A stretch of 63,688 nt of DNA, filler included, from Octopus bimaculoides (taxonomy: Eukaryota), in NCBI RefSeq assembly GCF_001194135.2. It is 7 parts of 7 records of this genome, joined end to end, with 100 filler letters (N's around TTAATTAATTAA, not from the genome) between each part and the next. Parts side by side here need not be neighbours in the genome. Positions count along the whole stretch, not along the records: positions 1 to 26,872 come from NC_068991.1; 6 more parts are not named here. One strand, given 5' to 3'. Made by a program: the position numbers and the translations under genes. Shown here one piece after another: positions 11,991-25,004 of the stretch. The notes under the pieces are model-generated. The model saw nothing but the letters and a program-made list of their open reading frames with translations. It searched no databases and had not been told where the DNA came from. Within the stretch, counting starts at the first letter, position 1; every line of letters starts with the position of its first letter.

Positions 11991-11999
11991 AAAAAGCAA

Positions 12000-12345
12000 A
12001 ATAATCCTTTCTGCTATTGGTTGAAGGCCTGTAATTTTGGAGAAGCGGGTGGCCAACGTAATCGATACCCTAGTGTTCAACTGGTGCTTATTTTATCGAC
12101 CCCGAGGGATGAAAGGCAAAGTCGACCTCAGCGGAATTTGAACTCAGAACGTAAAGACGGGTGAAAAGCCACTAAGCATTTTTACGGTGTGCTAACGAAT
12201 CTGTCAGCTCGCCGCCTTTCTGCCAATGTTTCTACTAGAAAGGCAAGGCCTCAACCGCGACAGAATTTGAAATCAGAACCCAAAACCGAGAGAAATGCCA
12301 CAAAGCATCTGGTACTATGTGCTAATTACTCTGCCAATCAAACCT
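12000..12345 (-). mobile_element. SINE B full copy (12000-12218) plus decayed second head (12219-12345)
   Basis: gggatgaaaggcaaagtcgacctcagcggaatttgaactcagaacg...cagctcgccgcct. Confidence 0.75.
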
Positions 12346-12735
12346 TGTGTGTATTTCTCCGTAAGATTAATCGAATATAAAAGTTTACAGAACAATCACA
12401 CAGAAAATGATTTTGGAGTCCCACACGTGATCAAAATTAAAATAAATAGCAAGCAAAGCATAAATTAAACACATACATACACATATACTTAAACACATAC
12501 TCACACTTGCGTACATGTACGCGCTACTAAATTTCGAAAGCGCTGTCGTTCCAAACTAAATATATGCACATACATACATACATACATACATACATACATA
12601 CATACCCACACACACACACATACATACATATATACATACACACACATACACACACACACATATATATACGTATATATTTATACTTATATTTTATTCTTTC
12701 CAACATTACAGCCCTAAGGTTGTGGCCATGCTCAG

Positions 12736-12776
<41 letters not shown>

Positions 12777-12915
12777 NNNNNNNNNNNNNNNNNNNNNNNN
12801 NNNNNNNNNNNNNNNNNNNNNNNNNNNNNNNNNNNNNNNNNNNNNNNNNNNNNNNNNNNNNNNNNNNNNNNNNNNNTATACATATAACTATATATATATA
12901 TATATATACATACAA

Positions 12916-12946
<31 letters not shown>

Positions 12947-13438
12947 GTCTATACAAAGATGAAGCGGCGTACGGTCTAATATTTTGTCGCAGAGACTTGT
13001 GCGTTAAAAGCACAGGGCTTCTGGCAGAACGCATTTGGATCACCAGACACCTTGTTTCGAGCTGATTCGGTCACTTCAGTGACGAATATTCCATGACGAA
13101 AAATGCTTATCCCGAAATACAGGTCGGTAAATAAGACATTTGATGATTCGTTACTCTGTTTCTGCTATTTTGTGTGGTCAGTATTTTCGTCCACTGGTAT
13201 ATTATCCATTTTTACGCCAGAAAAGCGCTTTGTTTTTATACGGATTTTCCGTAACTTGGACAGGAAGTTATGTGCGTCTATGTGCATATGTGTGTATGTG
13301 AGTGCGTATTTGTGTATATGTCTATAGGTTGTGTGTGTGTATGTGTATGTGAGTGTGTGTTTGTGTGTCATGTGTACATGCGTACGTGTATTGGCGTGCA
13401 CGTATTTTCTGTTGCGTGTGTGTATATATGCATATGCA

Positions 13439-13491
<53 letters not shown>

Positions 13492-14028
13492 NNNNNNNNN
13501 NNNNNNNNNNNNNNNNNNNNNNNNNNNNNNNNNNNNNNNNNNNNNNNNNNNNNNNNNNNNNNNNNNNNNNNNNNNNNNNNNNNNNNNNNNNNNNNNNNNN
13601 NNNNNNNNNNNNNNNNNNNNNNNNNNNNNNNNNNNNNNNNNNNNNNNNNNNNNNNNNNNNNNNNNNNNNNNNNNNNNNNNNNNNNNNNNNNNNNNNNNNN
13701 NNNNNNNNNNNNNNNNNNNNNNNNNNNNNNNNNNNNNNNTATATATATATATATATATATATATATGCAGACACGCATATACACACCTATACACGCGCGC
13801 GCGCACAGACACACGTGCGCATACACACATAGCACACGCACGCACACACACGCACACATACATACACACACTCTCACAGACACACACAAACGAAGGCCAC
13901 ACTTCCAGTCTTATCTGGGGTAAGTGACATACTTTCCTTACTTTCTTCTCTGATGACTCTGGGCTATAATTAATGACGCCTTTTGTAAACATGAACGAGA
14001 TAAGAATAAGTCGTTTGCAAACAGACGC

Positions 14029-14063
<35 letters not shown>

Positions 14064-14296
14064 CACACACATGCACAGACACACGTAAACACATATTCCT
14101 AAAAGTATGGTAATACACATATACGCACACTCATTTATATACATATGTATGTATGTACGTACTTACGTACGTATTAAAAACACGTCCGTACTTATACAAG
14201 TACGAATAATTGGATATGTATATGATCATATTTTACAGCGAATTATCGATGGATTACATACATACATACACATATATATAAATATGTATATATACA

Positions 14297-14343
<47 letters not shown>

Positions 14344-15249
14344 NNNNNNNNNNNNNNNNNNNNNNNNNNNNNNNNNNNNNNNNNNNNNNNNNNNNNNNNN
14401 NNNNNNNNNNNNNNNNNNNNNNNNNNNNNNNNNNNNNNNNNNNNNNNNNNNNNNNNNNNNNNNNNNNNNNNNNNNNNNNNNNNNNNNNNNNNNNNNNNNN
14501 NNNNNNNNNNNNNNNNNNNNNNNNNNNNNNNNNNNNNNNNNNNNNNNNNNNNNNNNNNNNNNNNNNNNNNNNNNNNNNNNNNNNNNNNNNNNNNNNNNNN
14601 NNNNNNNNNNNNNNNNNNNNNNNNNNNNNNNNNNNNNNNNNNNNNNNNNNNNNNNNNNNNNNNNNNNNNNNNNNNNNNNNNNNNNNNNNNNNNNNNNNNN
14701 NNNNNNNNNNNNNNNNNNNNNNNNNNNNNNNNNNNNNNNNNNNNNNNNNNNNNNNNNNNNNNNNNNNNNNNNNNNNNNNNNNNNNNNNNNNNNNNNNNNN
14801 NNNNNNNNNNNNNNNNNNNNNNNNNNNNNNNNNNNNNNNNNNNNNNNNNNNNNNNNNNNNNNNNNNNNNNNNNNNNNNNNNNNNNNNNNNNNNNNNNNNN
14901 NNNNNNNNNNNNNNNNNNNNNNNNNNNNNNNNNNNNNNNNNNNNNNNNNNNNNNNNNNNNNNNNNNNNNNNNNNNNNNNNNNNNNNNNNNNNNNNNNNNN
15001 NNNNNNNNNNNNNNNNNNNNNNNNNNNNNNNNNNNNNNNNNNNNNNNNNNNNNNNNNNNNNNNNNNNNNNNNNNNNNNNNNNNNNNNNNNNNNNNNNNNN
15101 NNNNNNNNGATAAAACGACTAGTGACGTTGCGAAGACCACAGCGTGTGGTTTGCGTGCGAGCGCGTGTGTATGTGTGCATGTATGTATATATATATATAT
15201 GTATGCATTTATGTGTGAATGTGCGGGTGTCTGGGTGTGAGTGTGCCCG

Positions 15250-15297
<48 letters not shown>

Positions 15298-15399
15298 TGC
15301 GCTTGTTATGCTTCGATAAGATGTGACGTTGATGAAGGCTTGTTGATCCTTGATTCGCGGTAATATTGTTACACACGGCGATGTGGTGACGGAGTTGTT

Positions 15400-16130
15400 T
15401 GTGTTGATGGAGGGTGGAGGGTAGAAGGTGGAAGAAGGACGGTGAGGGAGTGGAGGTGGTGTTGGGGGATGTTCATAGTGGTTATAGTTGTGGTGGTAGT
15501 GGTTGTTGTCGTAGTGGTGAATGTGGCCATTCTGTTCGTGTGTGGTGAAGGTTGTAGTCGTGGAGACGATGCTAGTAATGGTGGTGGTGATTGTGATGGT
15601 GGTGGTGGTGGTAGGGGTGAGAGTGGAGTATAGTGATGGTGGTGTTTGTTGTAGTATGATGGTTGTTGAAGTAGTTGGATTTGGTCACTGCAGTGGTGGT
15701 CACGGTTATAGAAGTGGTCGTGTTTGTGGTGGCGTTGACGCTTGCTTCAATAGTGGTAGAGGAGGGAATTGTTGTTGTTGTTGTTGTTGGTGGTGGTGTT
15801 GATGCCTGTAGTATTGGTAGTAATGGCTGTAGCAGGGGTGGTAGTACTTGTACTTGTGGTGATGTGGTCATTGTGCTGGTGATGGTTGTAGTACTGTTCT
15901 CTTATTTTTTTTTTGTATTGGCGGTAGTGCTGTTGGTGGTGGTGGTGATAGTGATGGTGCTGATCATTGTCATAGCAGTTACATAGTGGTAGTGGTGAAG
16001 GTTTAGGTATTAGCAGTGGTGGAGTATGTAGTGGTGGTGATTGTGGTTGTGGTGGTAGTTATAGTGGTGATTGTGGTTGTGATGGTGTTGGTTGTTGTAA
16101 TGCTGGTAGTTGAGATAAATCCAGGTAAAA
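15400..16130. repeat. Degenerate GGT/GTT/GTA trinucleotide tract
   Basis: Directly visible; source of the poly-V ORFs. Confidence 0.9.
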
Positions 16131-16374
16131 ATGTCACGGTAATAAAGTCAAAGGAAAAAAGTCACAGAAGTTTTGTCCGGTGGGGACGGGATTTGTCCGA
16201 TGCGGTTTTGTCATACGTTGGGGTGGGGGTCCGGATCCCATAAATTCATTGTGACTTTTTTTTCCTGTGACTTTTTTCCTAGTTAAAATTGTGACTTTAT
16301 TACTGGTCAGCGTTCAGATAATGGTAGTTACTGCGAGCAGAAGCGGTTGTAATGGTGGTCTTTCTGGTCACTGT

Positions 16375-16759
16375 GGAGGCCCAATGGCCCAATGGCTAGG
16401 GCAGCGAACTCGCGGTCATAGGATCGCGGTTTCGATTCCCAGACCGGGCGTTGTAAGTGTTTACTGAGCGAAAACACCTAAAGCTCCACGAGGCTCTGGC
16501 AGGGGATGGTGGAGAACCCTGCTGTACTCTTTCATCACAACTTTCTCTCATTCTTACTTCCTGTTTCTGTTGTATGTGTAATTAAAAGGGTCAGCCTTGT
16601 CACACTGTGTCACGCTGAATATCCCCGAGAACTACGTTAAGGGTACACGTGTCTGTGGAGTGCTCAGCCACTTGCACATTAATTTCATGAGCAGGCTGTT
16701 CCGTTGATCGGATCAATTGGAACCCTCGTCGACGCAAGCGACGGAGTGCCAACAACAAC
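16375..16759 (+). mobile_element. SINE family C, tRNA-derived, full length with (CAA)n tail
   Basis: A box TGGCCCAATGG (16385-16395), B box GGTTTCGATTCC (16428-16439), ends cggagtgccaacaacaac. Confidence 0.75.
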
Positions 16760-16783
16760 TTTCTGGTCACTAAAAGTATTGAC

Positions 16784-17070
16784 CAGTGGTTCTCAACGGG
16801 GATCCATATGACTCCTGAGTGAGGGGCTCATGTAACAGTTTTTGGGGTTCATGCAAGCAAAATAGTAAAATGAGAATCCACGGTAGTACTTTAAGTGCAG
16901 AACCGTCTTCGTAGGTTTATAGGCTTCCGGGGCAAATCTGTTCACTGGGTCCAGTAGTATTTACTCATTGACAGCAAGCCACAGTCTAAATAGATAATAA
17001 TTGTGCCCCTAGACTCGTGCGATCGCCGGGTAAATGCCTAGGTAATAATCAAGGGATCCATAGATAATTT
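16784..17070. mobile_element. Probable truncated non-autonomous hAT (Charlie-type) end
   Basis: Begins CAGTGGTTCTCAAC, a typical hAT-Charlie TIR start; no partner TIR seen. Confidence 0.4.
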
Positions 17071-17109
17071 TTAAAACAGATTTACTACGGATATATTACA
17101 GAGAGTAAG

Positions 17110-17173
<64 letters not shown>

Positions 17174-17183
17174 NNNNNNNNNN

Positions 17184-17980
17184 ATTTTACCTCGTCCTTA
17201 TTCTTATTGCAAGTTTTGAAGACTGCGGTTCGATTTTAACAGTTATTTTTTTAAAAAATATTATGAAAGTGACAAAGGAGCATATTCGGCATATTTTTCT
17301 TTATGAGTTCAATGAAATCAACAACGCAACGGAAAGTGTAAGGAATATTTATGCAGTATATGGGGATCAGACAATAAATGTAAGCCAATGTCAACGGTGG
17401 TTCGAGAAATTCCAAGCCGGAAACTACAGTCTAGAAGACGAGCCTCGTCCTAGAAGATCTGTAGAGCTCGACGAGACAGACGACCTGTAAACTCTGGTGG
17501 GACAAAATCCCAACGTAACTGTTGAGGAACTAACAGAAAAGCTTGGATTTGGTCATTTAACCATTCATCGATACCTGTTTGTTATCGGTTTCAAGACGAA
17601 AGGTGTTCTTCCATCAGGATAATGCTCAGCCACAAACAGCAAGGATGACATTCCAAAGGCTGAAACAGTTGGAATGAGATAAGATGCCTCACCTGCCATA
17701 TTCACCATCTGATTATCATTTATTCCGCAGTCTTCAAAATCATTTGAACGGAAAAAATATGAATTCTGTAGACGAGGTCAGAACAGTACTGGAAGAGTAT
17801 TTTCGTCACGGGCAAGTGAATTTTAGAAGAGGGGCCTTGCAAGTCTACCAGATAGCTGGAAAAGCATTGTAGAAAATGAAGGAGAGTATATTTTAGATTA
17901 AAAAAATAACTTTGTTTATTTTAATTTAAAAAAATAAAAGAAGTATAGTAAAACCGCATTATTTATGGGTCGACCCAATA
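17184..17980 (+). mobile_element. Internally deleted mariner transposon
   Basis: N-terminal HTH MKVTKEHIRHIFLYEF...QRWFEKFQAGNYSLEDEPR; C-terminal HQDNAQP...PHLPYSP-SDYHLFRSLQNHL; right TIR aaaaccgcattatttatgggtcgacccaata ending in TA; left TIR lies in the (TA)n/gap. Confidence 0.9.
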
Positions 17981-18210
17981 TGTTGGTGTTTTCAACCTCT
18001 ATGTATCGTTTACAAAAGTAGTGTTGGTACCCATATATGTACCCTTCTATGCATGGGTATGCGCAGGTATATACATTTATTTAGATATGTTTGGTTTATA
18101 TGGGATACTAGCAAGTAAATTCCAATTCTCGGAGTGTCTTCAATATATAAAATTGGTATATACAATTGCGTTACACAGCTATATTTAGTAGCTAGTTAAG
18201 CAATATATAA

Positions 18211-18406
18211 ATTTATTGCCCACAAGGGGCTAAGCATAGAGGGGACAAACAAGGGATTAAGTCGATCACATCGACCCCCAGTGCGTAACTGGTACTTATT
18301 TAATCGACCCCGAAAGGATGAAAGGCAAAGTCGACCTCGGCGGAATTTGAACTCAGAACGTAACGGCAGACGGAATAGCGCTAAGCATTTCGCTCAGCGT
18401 GCTAAC
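18211..18406 (-). mobile_element. SINE family B, tail type 1
   Basis: tttattgcccacaaggggctaa...gaccccgaaaggatgaaaggcaaagtcgacctcggcggaatttgaactc. Confidence 0.85.
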
Positions 18407-19004
18407 TAGTTAAGAAATATGTTCGCGGATGATTAATAGGTTGGATGTGTTGCTGAAGAAGGTACAAGAACTTCTTTAATATGCATATACAATCATTTTC
18501 TATTTTCTGTCTTCGATTGCATTGTTTACGTTCGTATATCCGTATACGAAACGTCGTAACTTTCAATGATAGTTCTAAATCCTATAGAACATCTATAGGA
18601 GATAACATAAAGATGTGTGTGTGCTCGCGCGCGTATACTACATACAAGCGTATGTGTATATATATATATAAGTACAGTCTTGTATTTTGAAGGCGCCATG
18701 GTATAGACAATATGGCCGAAATTGCTTAAATTTTTATCTGCAGAAGGAAATGCTACTTACTCTGCTTGAAAATTAACTGTTTTGTCTCTGGTGCTAAAAT
18801 TCATTACTTCCTTAGATACTTGTACAAGTATCTTCTTTCCTTAAGTCCTTTGTATTTATCTCAAAGAGTGTAAGAGATATAGACACACATACACATGCCG
18901 ACTAAGATACACACAAACGACAAAACAGTACTAACGCAAAATTATCTTACAAGTGCTTCGCTCGTCTCCACATTACTTAAAGTTTCGTACGTAAATATAT
19001 GTGC

Positions 19005-19075
<71 letters not shown>

Positions 19076-19963
19076 NNNNNNNNNNNNNNNNNNNNNNNNN
19101 NNNNNNNNNNNNNNNNNNNNNNNNNNNNNNNNNNNNNNNNNNNNNNNNNNNNNNNNNNNNNNNNNNNNNNNNNNNNNNNNNNNNNNNNNNNNNNNNNNNN
19201 NNNNNNNNNNNNNNNNNNNNNNNNNNNNNNNNNNNNNNNNNNNNNNNNNNNNNNNNNNNNNNNNNNNNNNNNNNNNNNNNNNNNNNNNNNNNNNNNNNNN
19301 NNNNNNNNNNNNNNNNNNNNNNNNNNNNNNNNNNNNNNNNNNNNNNNNNNNNNNNNNNNNNNNNNNNNNNNNNNNNNNNNNNNNNNNNNNNNNNNNNNNN
19401 NNNNNNNNNNNNNNNNNNNNNNNNNNNNNNNNNNNNNNNNNNNNNNNNNNNNNNNNNNNNNNNNNNNNNNNNNNNNNNNNNNNNNNNNNNNNNNNNNNNN
19501 NNNNNNNNNNNNNNNNNNNNNNNNNNNNNNNNNNNNNNNNNNNNNNNNNNNNNNNNNNNNNNNNNNNNNNNNNNNNNNNNNNNNNNNNNNNNNNNNNNNN
19601 NNNNNNNNNNNNNNNNNNNNNNNNNNNNNNNNNNNNNNNNNNNNNNNNNNNNNNNNNNNNNNNNNNNNNNNNNNNNNNNNNNNNNNNNNNNNNNNNNNNN
19701 NNNNNNNNNNNNNNNNACTTTTGCTATGAATTAAATTAATGAATTCAACGGGATACACCGTCTGCAAGTAGTTGGGTTCAGCATATTATCCTCCATTTTC
19801 TAATTGTAACACAAATTTTGGGTAAAACCTCCACTTTTACCCTCTCCCATTGATTGCACCTAGTATAGCACTAGTGTAGCAATAATTGGGTACCCTCCCA
19901 GCAGTATACTGGATAGATACTATCCCTTAGTGGGTTGTACCCCCAACCCCTAACTCTCTCACG

Positions 19964-20005
<42 letters not shown>

Positions 20006-20694
20006 TAGGCATAGCGTGTCTAATAACCAGAACACTGTTAGCTTTCTCACTGCTAACGCCTGTATGTTCTGAAAATGTAATTTCCCCAAATAAAGTGCAC
20101 TTTATATTGAAGGCTCTGATGAAGCAATAGAATGTTTCCGAGGAACTCAACTAGCAGTCCACCACATCTTATAACAAAAACAGCTGTAAGCTAATGAAGT
20201 TCATTATATAACTTCTATATTTTTTCCGGTGTCACTTCTTTATTCCTATATACGTGTGTATGTGTGTGTGTGCATGCGCGCGCGCGTGTTTTGAAAGTAA
20301 CGCACATACAAGTACGTAGCCACGTAAATGCATTCGCGTACGCTCATGCTTAATTATACACCTCTCAAAATGCAAAGTCGCTTTCTGTTTACAAATGGTC
20401 ACGTGAACGAAGGTGTTGAGGCTCTAAGGCGATGATTGTCGCATGTTACAAAATACAGGTGTGTGTCCAGCGAGTGACGTGTGCAAAAAACAACAAAACG
20501 AATTACCTTGTTCTAAGAAGTGAGAAGGAAAGAAGATGATTATGCGGTAAAAGTGCCGATGGCGGCGGCGACAGTGGTGGTGATAGTGGTGGTTGTGGTG
20601 GCGGCGGCGGCCGCGGTGTTCGTGGTTATAGTGGTGGGTCGGTTGATGAGGTAGACCGTTGATCATTGTTGTTTTTCGGGGCGGATTTTAGACG

Positions 20695-21145
20695 TGGCAT
20701 GACTGTGCTTGAGAAACTCCATCAGCAACGTACTTGGGTTCGTGTCGACGGCGCACCACCTTGGGCAAGTGTCTACCAATATTACACTCCGGGCCGACAA
20801 CTGCCTTTGTGGACGGAAAGTGTGTGGAAGCTCATACTATGTATGTATGTATGCATGTATGTATGCATGTATGTATGTATGTATGTATGCATGCATGTAT
20901 GTGTGTGTATGCGTGTATGCACTTGTGTATGTATGTATTCTATTCTACTTGTTTCAGTCAGTTGATTACGGCCACGTTGGAGCACCGCCTTGAAGGGTTT
21001 TAGTCGAGCAAATCTATCCCAGGACTTATTTTTAAAGCCTAGTGCGTATTCTTTCAGTCTCTTGTGCCGAACCGTTAATTTGCGGTGGCGTAAACACACC
21101 AACACCGGTGATCAAACGGTGATAGGGGTACAAACATAGACACAG
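20695..21145. mobile_element. SINE A head (+, 20695-20835) and SINE A tail (-, 20940-21145) separated by (TATG)n
   Basis: caccttgggcaagtgtct head; tttcagtcagttgattacggccacgttggagcaccgcc tail. Confidence 0.65.
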
Positions 21146-21172
21146 ACATAGACACACACACACATACATACA

Positions 21173-21208
<36 letters not shown>

Positions 21209-21509
21209 CATACATATATACATGCATACATACATACATCCATACATACAAATATATATATATATACATATATATACATACATACATANNNNNNNNNNNN
21301 NNNNNNNNNNNNNNNNNNNNNNNNNNNNNNNNNNNNNNNNNNNNNNNNNNNNNNNNNNNNNNNNNNNNNNNNNNNNNNNNNNNNNNNNNNNNNNNNNNNN
21401 NNNNNNNNCGTTGTTGCTGTGATTTAGCCAGGTCAGCCTTTATCAAACGGACTCATAAACAGATGCGTTCCAACCGTGCCCTTCAAATCTTTAATACTTA
21501 TCTGTGTAA

Positions 21510-21725
21510 GGCGTTAGCGAACTGGGCGAAATGCTTAGCGGTATTTCGTCTGCCGTCACGTTCTGAGTTCAAATTACGCCGAGGTCGACTTTCCCTTTCA
21601 TCCTTTCGTGGTCGATAAATTAAGTACCAGTTACGCACTGTGGTCGATGTAATCGACTTAATCCCTTTGTCTGTCTTTGTTTGTCCCCTCTATGTTTAGC
21701 CCTTTGTGGGCAATAAATAAATAAT
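21510..21725 (+). mobile_element. SINE family B, tail type 1
   Basis: gttctgagttcaaattacgccgaggtcgactttccctttcatcc...tttgtgggcaataaataaat. Confidence 0.85.
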
Positions 21726-22066
21726 ACTTATCTGTGATTACGTTATCCAATAAGTCATTCCATTTTAAGATGTAGGCTTTGAAGTGACGGAAATGTTTCC
21801 AGCATTTGGCGCGATTACGTTGAGGCTCACTCGTGGACACGTGTAGATGTTGCTACTGACGGTGCTGATCGTGGGTTTACAATTGTTATATAAGCACTGG
21901 GGACTACATACTCTCATTCACACATATATAGACATGTACATATGCTCATACATATACACATAAACACACGCACATACACACGCAAACATGTATGTGTGTA
22001 TGCATATATGAATGTGTGCATGTATGTATGTATGTATGCATATGTGTATGTATGTGTGTGACTGTA

Positions 22067-22203
22067 TGCGGTTCGGCAAAAGAGACCGATAGAATAAGTA
22101 CTAGGCTTACAAAGAATAGGTCCTGGGGTCGATTTGCTTGACTAAAAGGCTGTGCTCCAGCATGGCCGCAGTCAAATGACTGAAAAGAATAAAAGAAAAG
22201 AAT
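22067..22203 (+). mobile_element. SINE family A tail
   Basis: gcggttcggcaaaagagaccgatag...gctccagcatggccgcagtcaaatgactgaaa. Confidence 0.85.
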
Positions 22204-22233
22204 ATGTATATATATATATATACATACATACAT

Positions 22234-22300
<67 letters not shown>

Positions 22301-23387
22301 NNNNNNNNNNNNNNNNNNNNNNNNNNNNNNNNNNNNNNNNNNNNNNNNNNNNNNNNNNNNNNNNNNNNNNNNNNNNNNNNNNNNNNNNNNNNNNNNNNNN
22401 NNNNNNNNNNNNNNNNNNNNNNNNNNNNNNNNNNNNNNNNNNNNNNNNNNNNNNNNNNNNNNNNNNNNNNNNNNNNNNNNNNNNNNNNNNNNNNNNNNNN
22501 NNNNNNNNNNNNNNNNNNNNNNNNNNNNNNNNNNNNNNNNNNNNNNNNNNNNNNNNNNNNNNNNNNNNNNNNNNNNNNNNNNNNNNNNNNNNNNNNNNNN
22601 NNNNNNNNNNNNNNNNNNNNNNNNNNNNNNNNNNNNNNNNNNNNNNNNNNNNNNNNNNNNNNNNNNNNNNNNNNNNNNNNNNNNNNNNNNNNNNNNNNNN
22701 NNNNNNNNNNNNNNNNNNNNNNNNNNNNNNNNNNNNNNNNNNNNNNNNNNNNNNNNNNNNNNNNNNNNNNNNNNNNNNNNNNNNNNNNNNNNNNNNNNNN
22801 NNNNNNNNNNNNNNNNNNNNNNNNNNNNNNNNNNNNNNNNNNNNNNNNNNNNNNNNNNNNNNNNNNNNNNNNNNNNNNNNNNNNNNNNNNNNNNNNNNNN
22901 NNNNNNNNNNNNNNNNNNNNNNNNNNNNNNNNNNNNNNNNNNNNNNNNNNNNNNNNNNNNNNNNNNNNNNNNNNNNNNNNNNNNNNNNNNNNNNNNNNNN
23001 NNNNNNNNNNNNNNNNNNNNNNNNNNNNNNNNNNNNNNNNNNNNNNNNNNNNNNNNNNNNNNNNNNNNNNNNNNNNNNNNNNNNNNNNNNNNNNNNNNNN
23101 NNNNNNNNNNNNNNNNNNNNNNNNNNNNNNNNNNNNNNNNNNNNNNNNNNNNNNNNNNNNNNNNNNNNNNNNNNNNNNNNNNNNNNNNNNNNNNNNNNNN
23201 NNNNNNNNNNNNNNNTAAAAAAAGAAGAAATAAGTGGAAATTTTAACGGTGAGTGTGTTAAATTCTAAGGCACAATAAGAAAATGACTCTCCCCAGACAC
23301 AACAACAGCCTTCTGATTCTTTTAATGTGCTAGTTTCCTGGCATTAAATTGATATTAATTAATATCGAATTTTTACCATATTATGTT

Positions 23388-23422
<35 letters not shown>

Positions 23423-24101
23423 ACGTACATATACAGGCACGCACACATACATACATACATACATACATACATACGTACATACATAAATACATACATATAT
23501 ACGTACACACATGCATACATATGCACACATACTTGTTGTTGTTAGTGAGGCTGTTGTAGGTGGGTGTGGTGCTGGCTGTAATGGCCTTCTCTAATTCTCT
23601 CGTCCTCTTTGATGTGTCTAAAGAAAGGCGTGAACCTAATTACTCCTTTCGTTCTGGATAACGAATGTCCTGTCTGTTATTGACGGACGATCGTCCGTTT
23701 GTATTGCGTGTGTGCATACATACACACACACACACACACGCGTATGTACGTACATACAAACATGCATACATACATACATACATACATACATACATTCACT
23801 CATAAATGCATACACAGATGCATACATACATGTATACATAAAAATATATAAGTACATATATGNNNNNNNNNNNNNNNNNNNNNNNNNNNNNNNNNNNNNN
23901 NNNNNNNNNNNNNNNNNNNNNNNNNNNNNNNNNNNNNNNNNNNNNNNNNNNNNNNNNNNNNNNNNNNNNNNNNNNNNNNNNNNNNNNNNNNNNNNNNNNN
24001 NNNNNNNNNNNNNNNNNNNNNNNNNNNNNNNNNNNNNNNNNNNNNNNNNNNNNNNNNNNNNNNNNNNNNNNNNNNNNNNNNNNNNNNNNNNNNNNNTATA
24101 T

Positions 24102-24133
<32 letters not shown>

Positions 24134-24524
24134 TTATGTGCAGGCATAAACATATGCATAAACACACACATATACACGCAGCTACTGATACATACATATA
24201 TATATTTGTGTATATATAAACATACGTTTATAGATACACATACATATGTAATATTAGTGTGTGTCTGTGTGTCTGTGCATGAGTATGTGTGCGTGAGTGT
24301 GCAATAGTTCTGTGTCTATGATTATGTGATGAGGACACGGCTGAATGAGTAGATTGTGTGCCGTTCCGTGTCATACTCTTAGTTTTCACTTCATTGTCCC
24401 CCATGGCCAAGTAGACTGAACTTCCAAATGGCTCAGTCAGCTTAGCTGTAAACCGGTAGCGCAGCTGCATATGGAGCATAATGCTCTCAGTAAGAATTCG
24501 TTTGTATGCCACTTTCATTTCAAC

Positions 24525-24790
24525 AGACCTGGGTTAGATTTCTTCGACTAAAGTCGGTGCTCCAGCATGGCCGCAATCAAATGACTGAAACACGTAAACG
24601 AATAAAAGAATAAAACAACGTATATAAATCATTCACTTATTTCAATCATTAGACTGCGGCCATGCTGGGGTACTACCTTGAACGGTTTTAGTTGAGCCAA
24701 TCAACGCCGGTAATTATTTTTTAAGGCTTCGCACTTATTCTAGAAGTCTCTGTTGTAGAACTAGTAAGTTACAAGGGCGTAACAAAGCCA
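24525..24790. mobile_element. Tail-to-tail inverted pair of SINE A tails (+ 24525-24615, - 24632-24790)
   Basis: ccagcatggccgcaatcaaatgactgaaa and ttcaatcattagactgcggccatgctgg are about 60 bp apart. Confidence 0.8.
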
Positions 24791-25004
24791 TGGACCAACT
24801 TTTGGAAAGAAGAACCGTGATCAAAGGCGTTCAAGCTATGCCCGCCTCACCATCTTATTGTCAGTCAACGTATCCAAGGTTATATAAGCCAAATTCAAAG
24901 GACGGCTCGAGGAAAATCACAAACCTTGTTGTAGGAAGAAGTGTTGGTGAGTTGGCTGAATCTTAAGCGAGTAGCTCTAAGTCATTTGCTGTAATCGTCC
25001 CTGT

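Noticed and set aside
13913-13926. Consensus donor GGG/GTAAGT (and similar sites such as 18745-18757 on the minus strand)
   Set aside because: Isolated splice-like words without a supportable coding exon
16375-16450. tRNA genes at SINE heads (also 3386 and 43560-43640)
   Set aside because: A and B boxes are present but there is no complete cloverleaf, and each runs into a SINE body
20386-20406. TGTTTAC (Fox) plus GTCACGTGA (E-box/CLEAR) as a promoter
   Set aside because: Short motifs expected by chance, with no associated gene start visible
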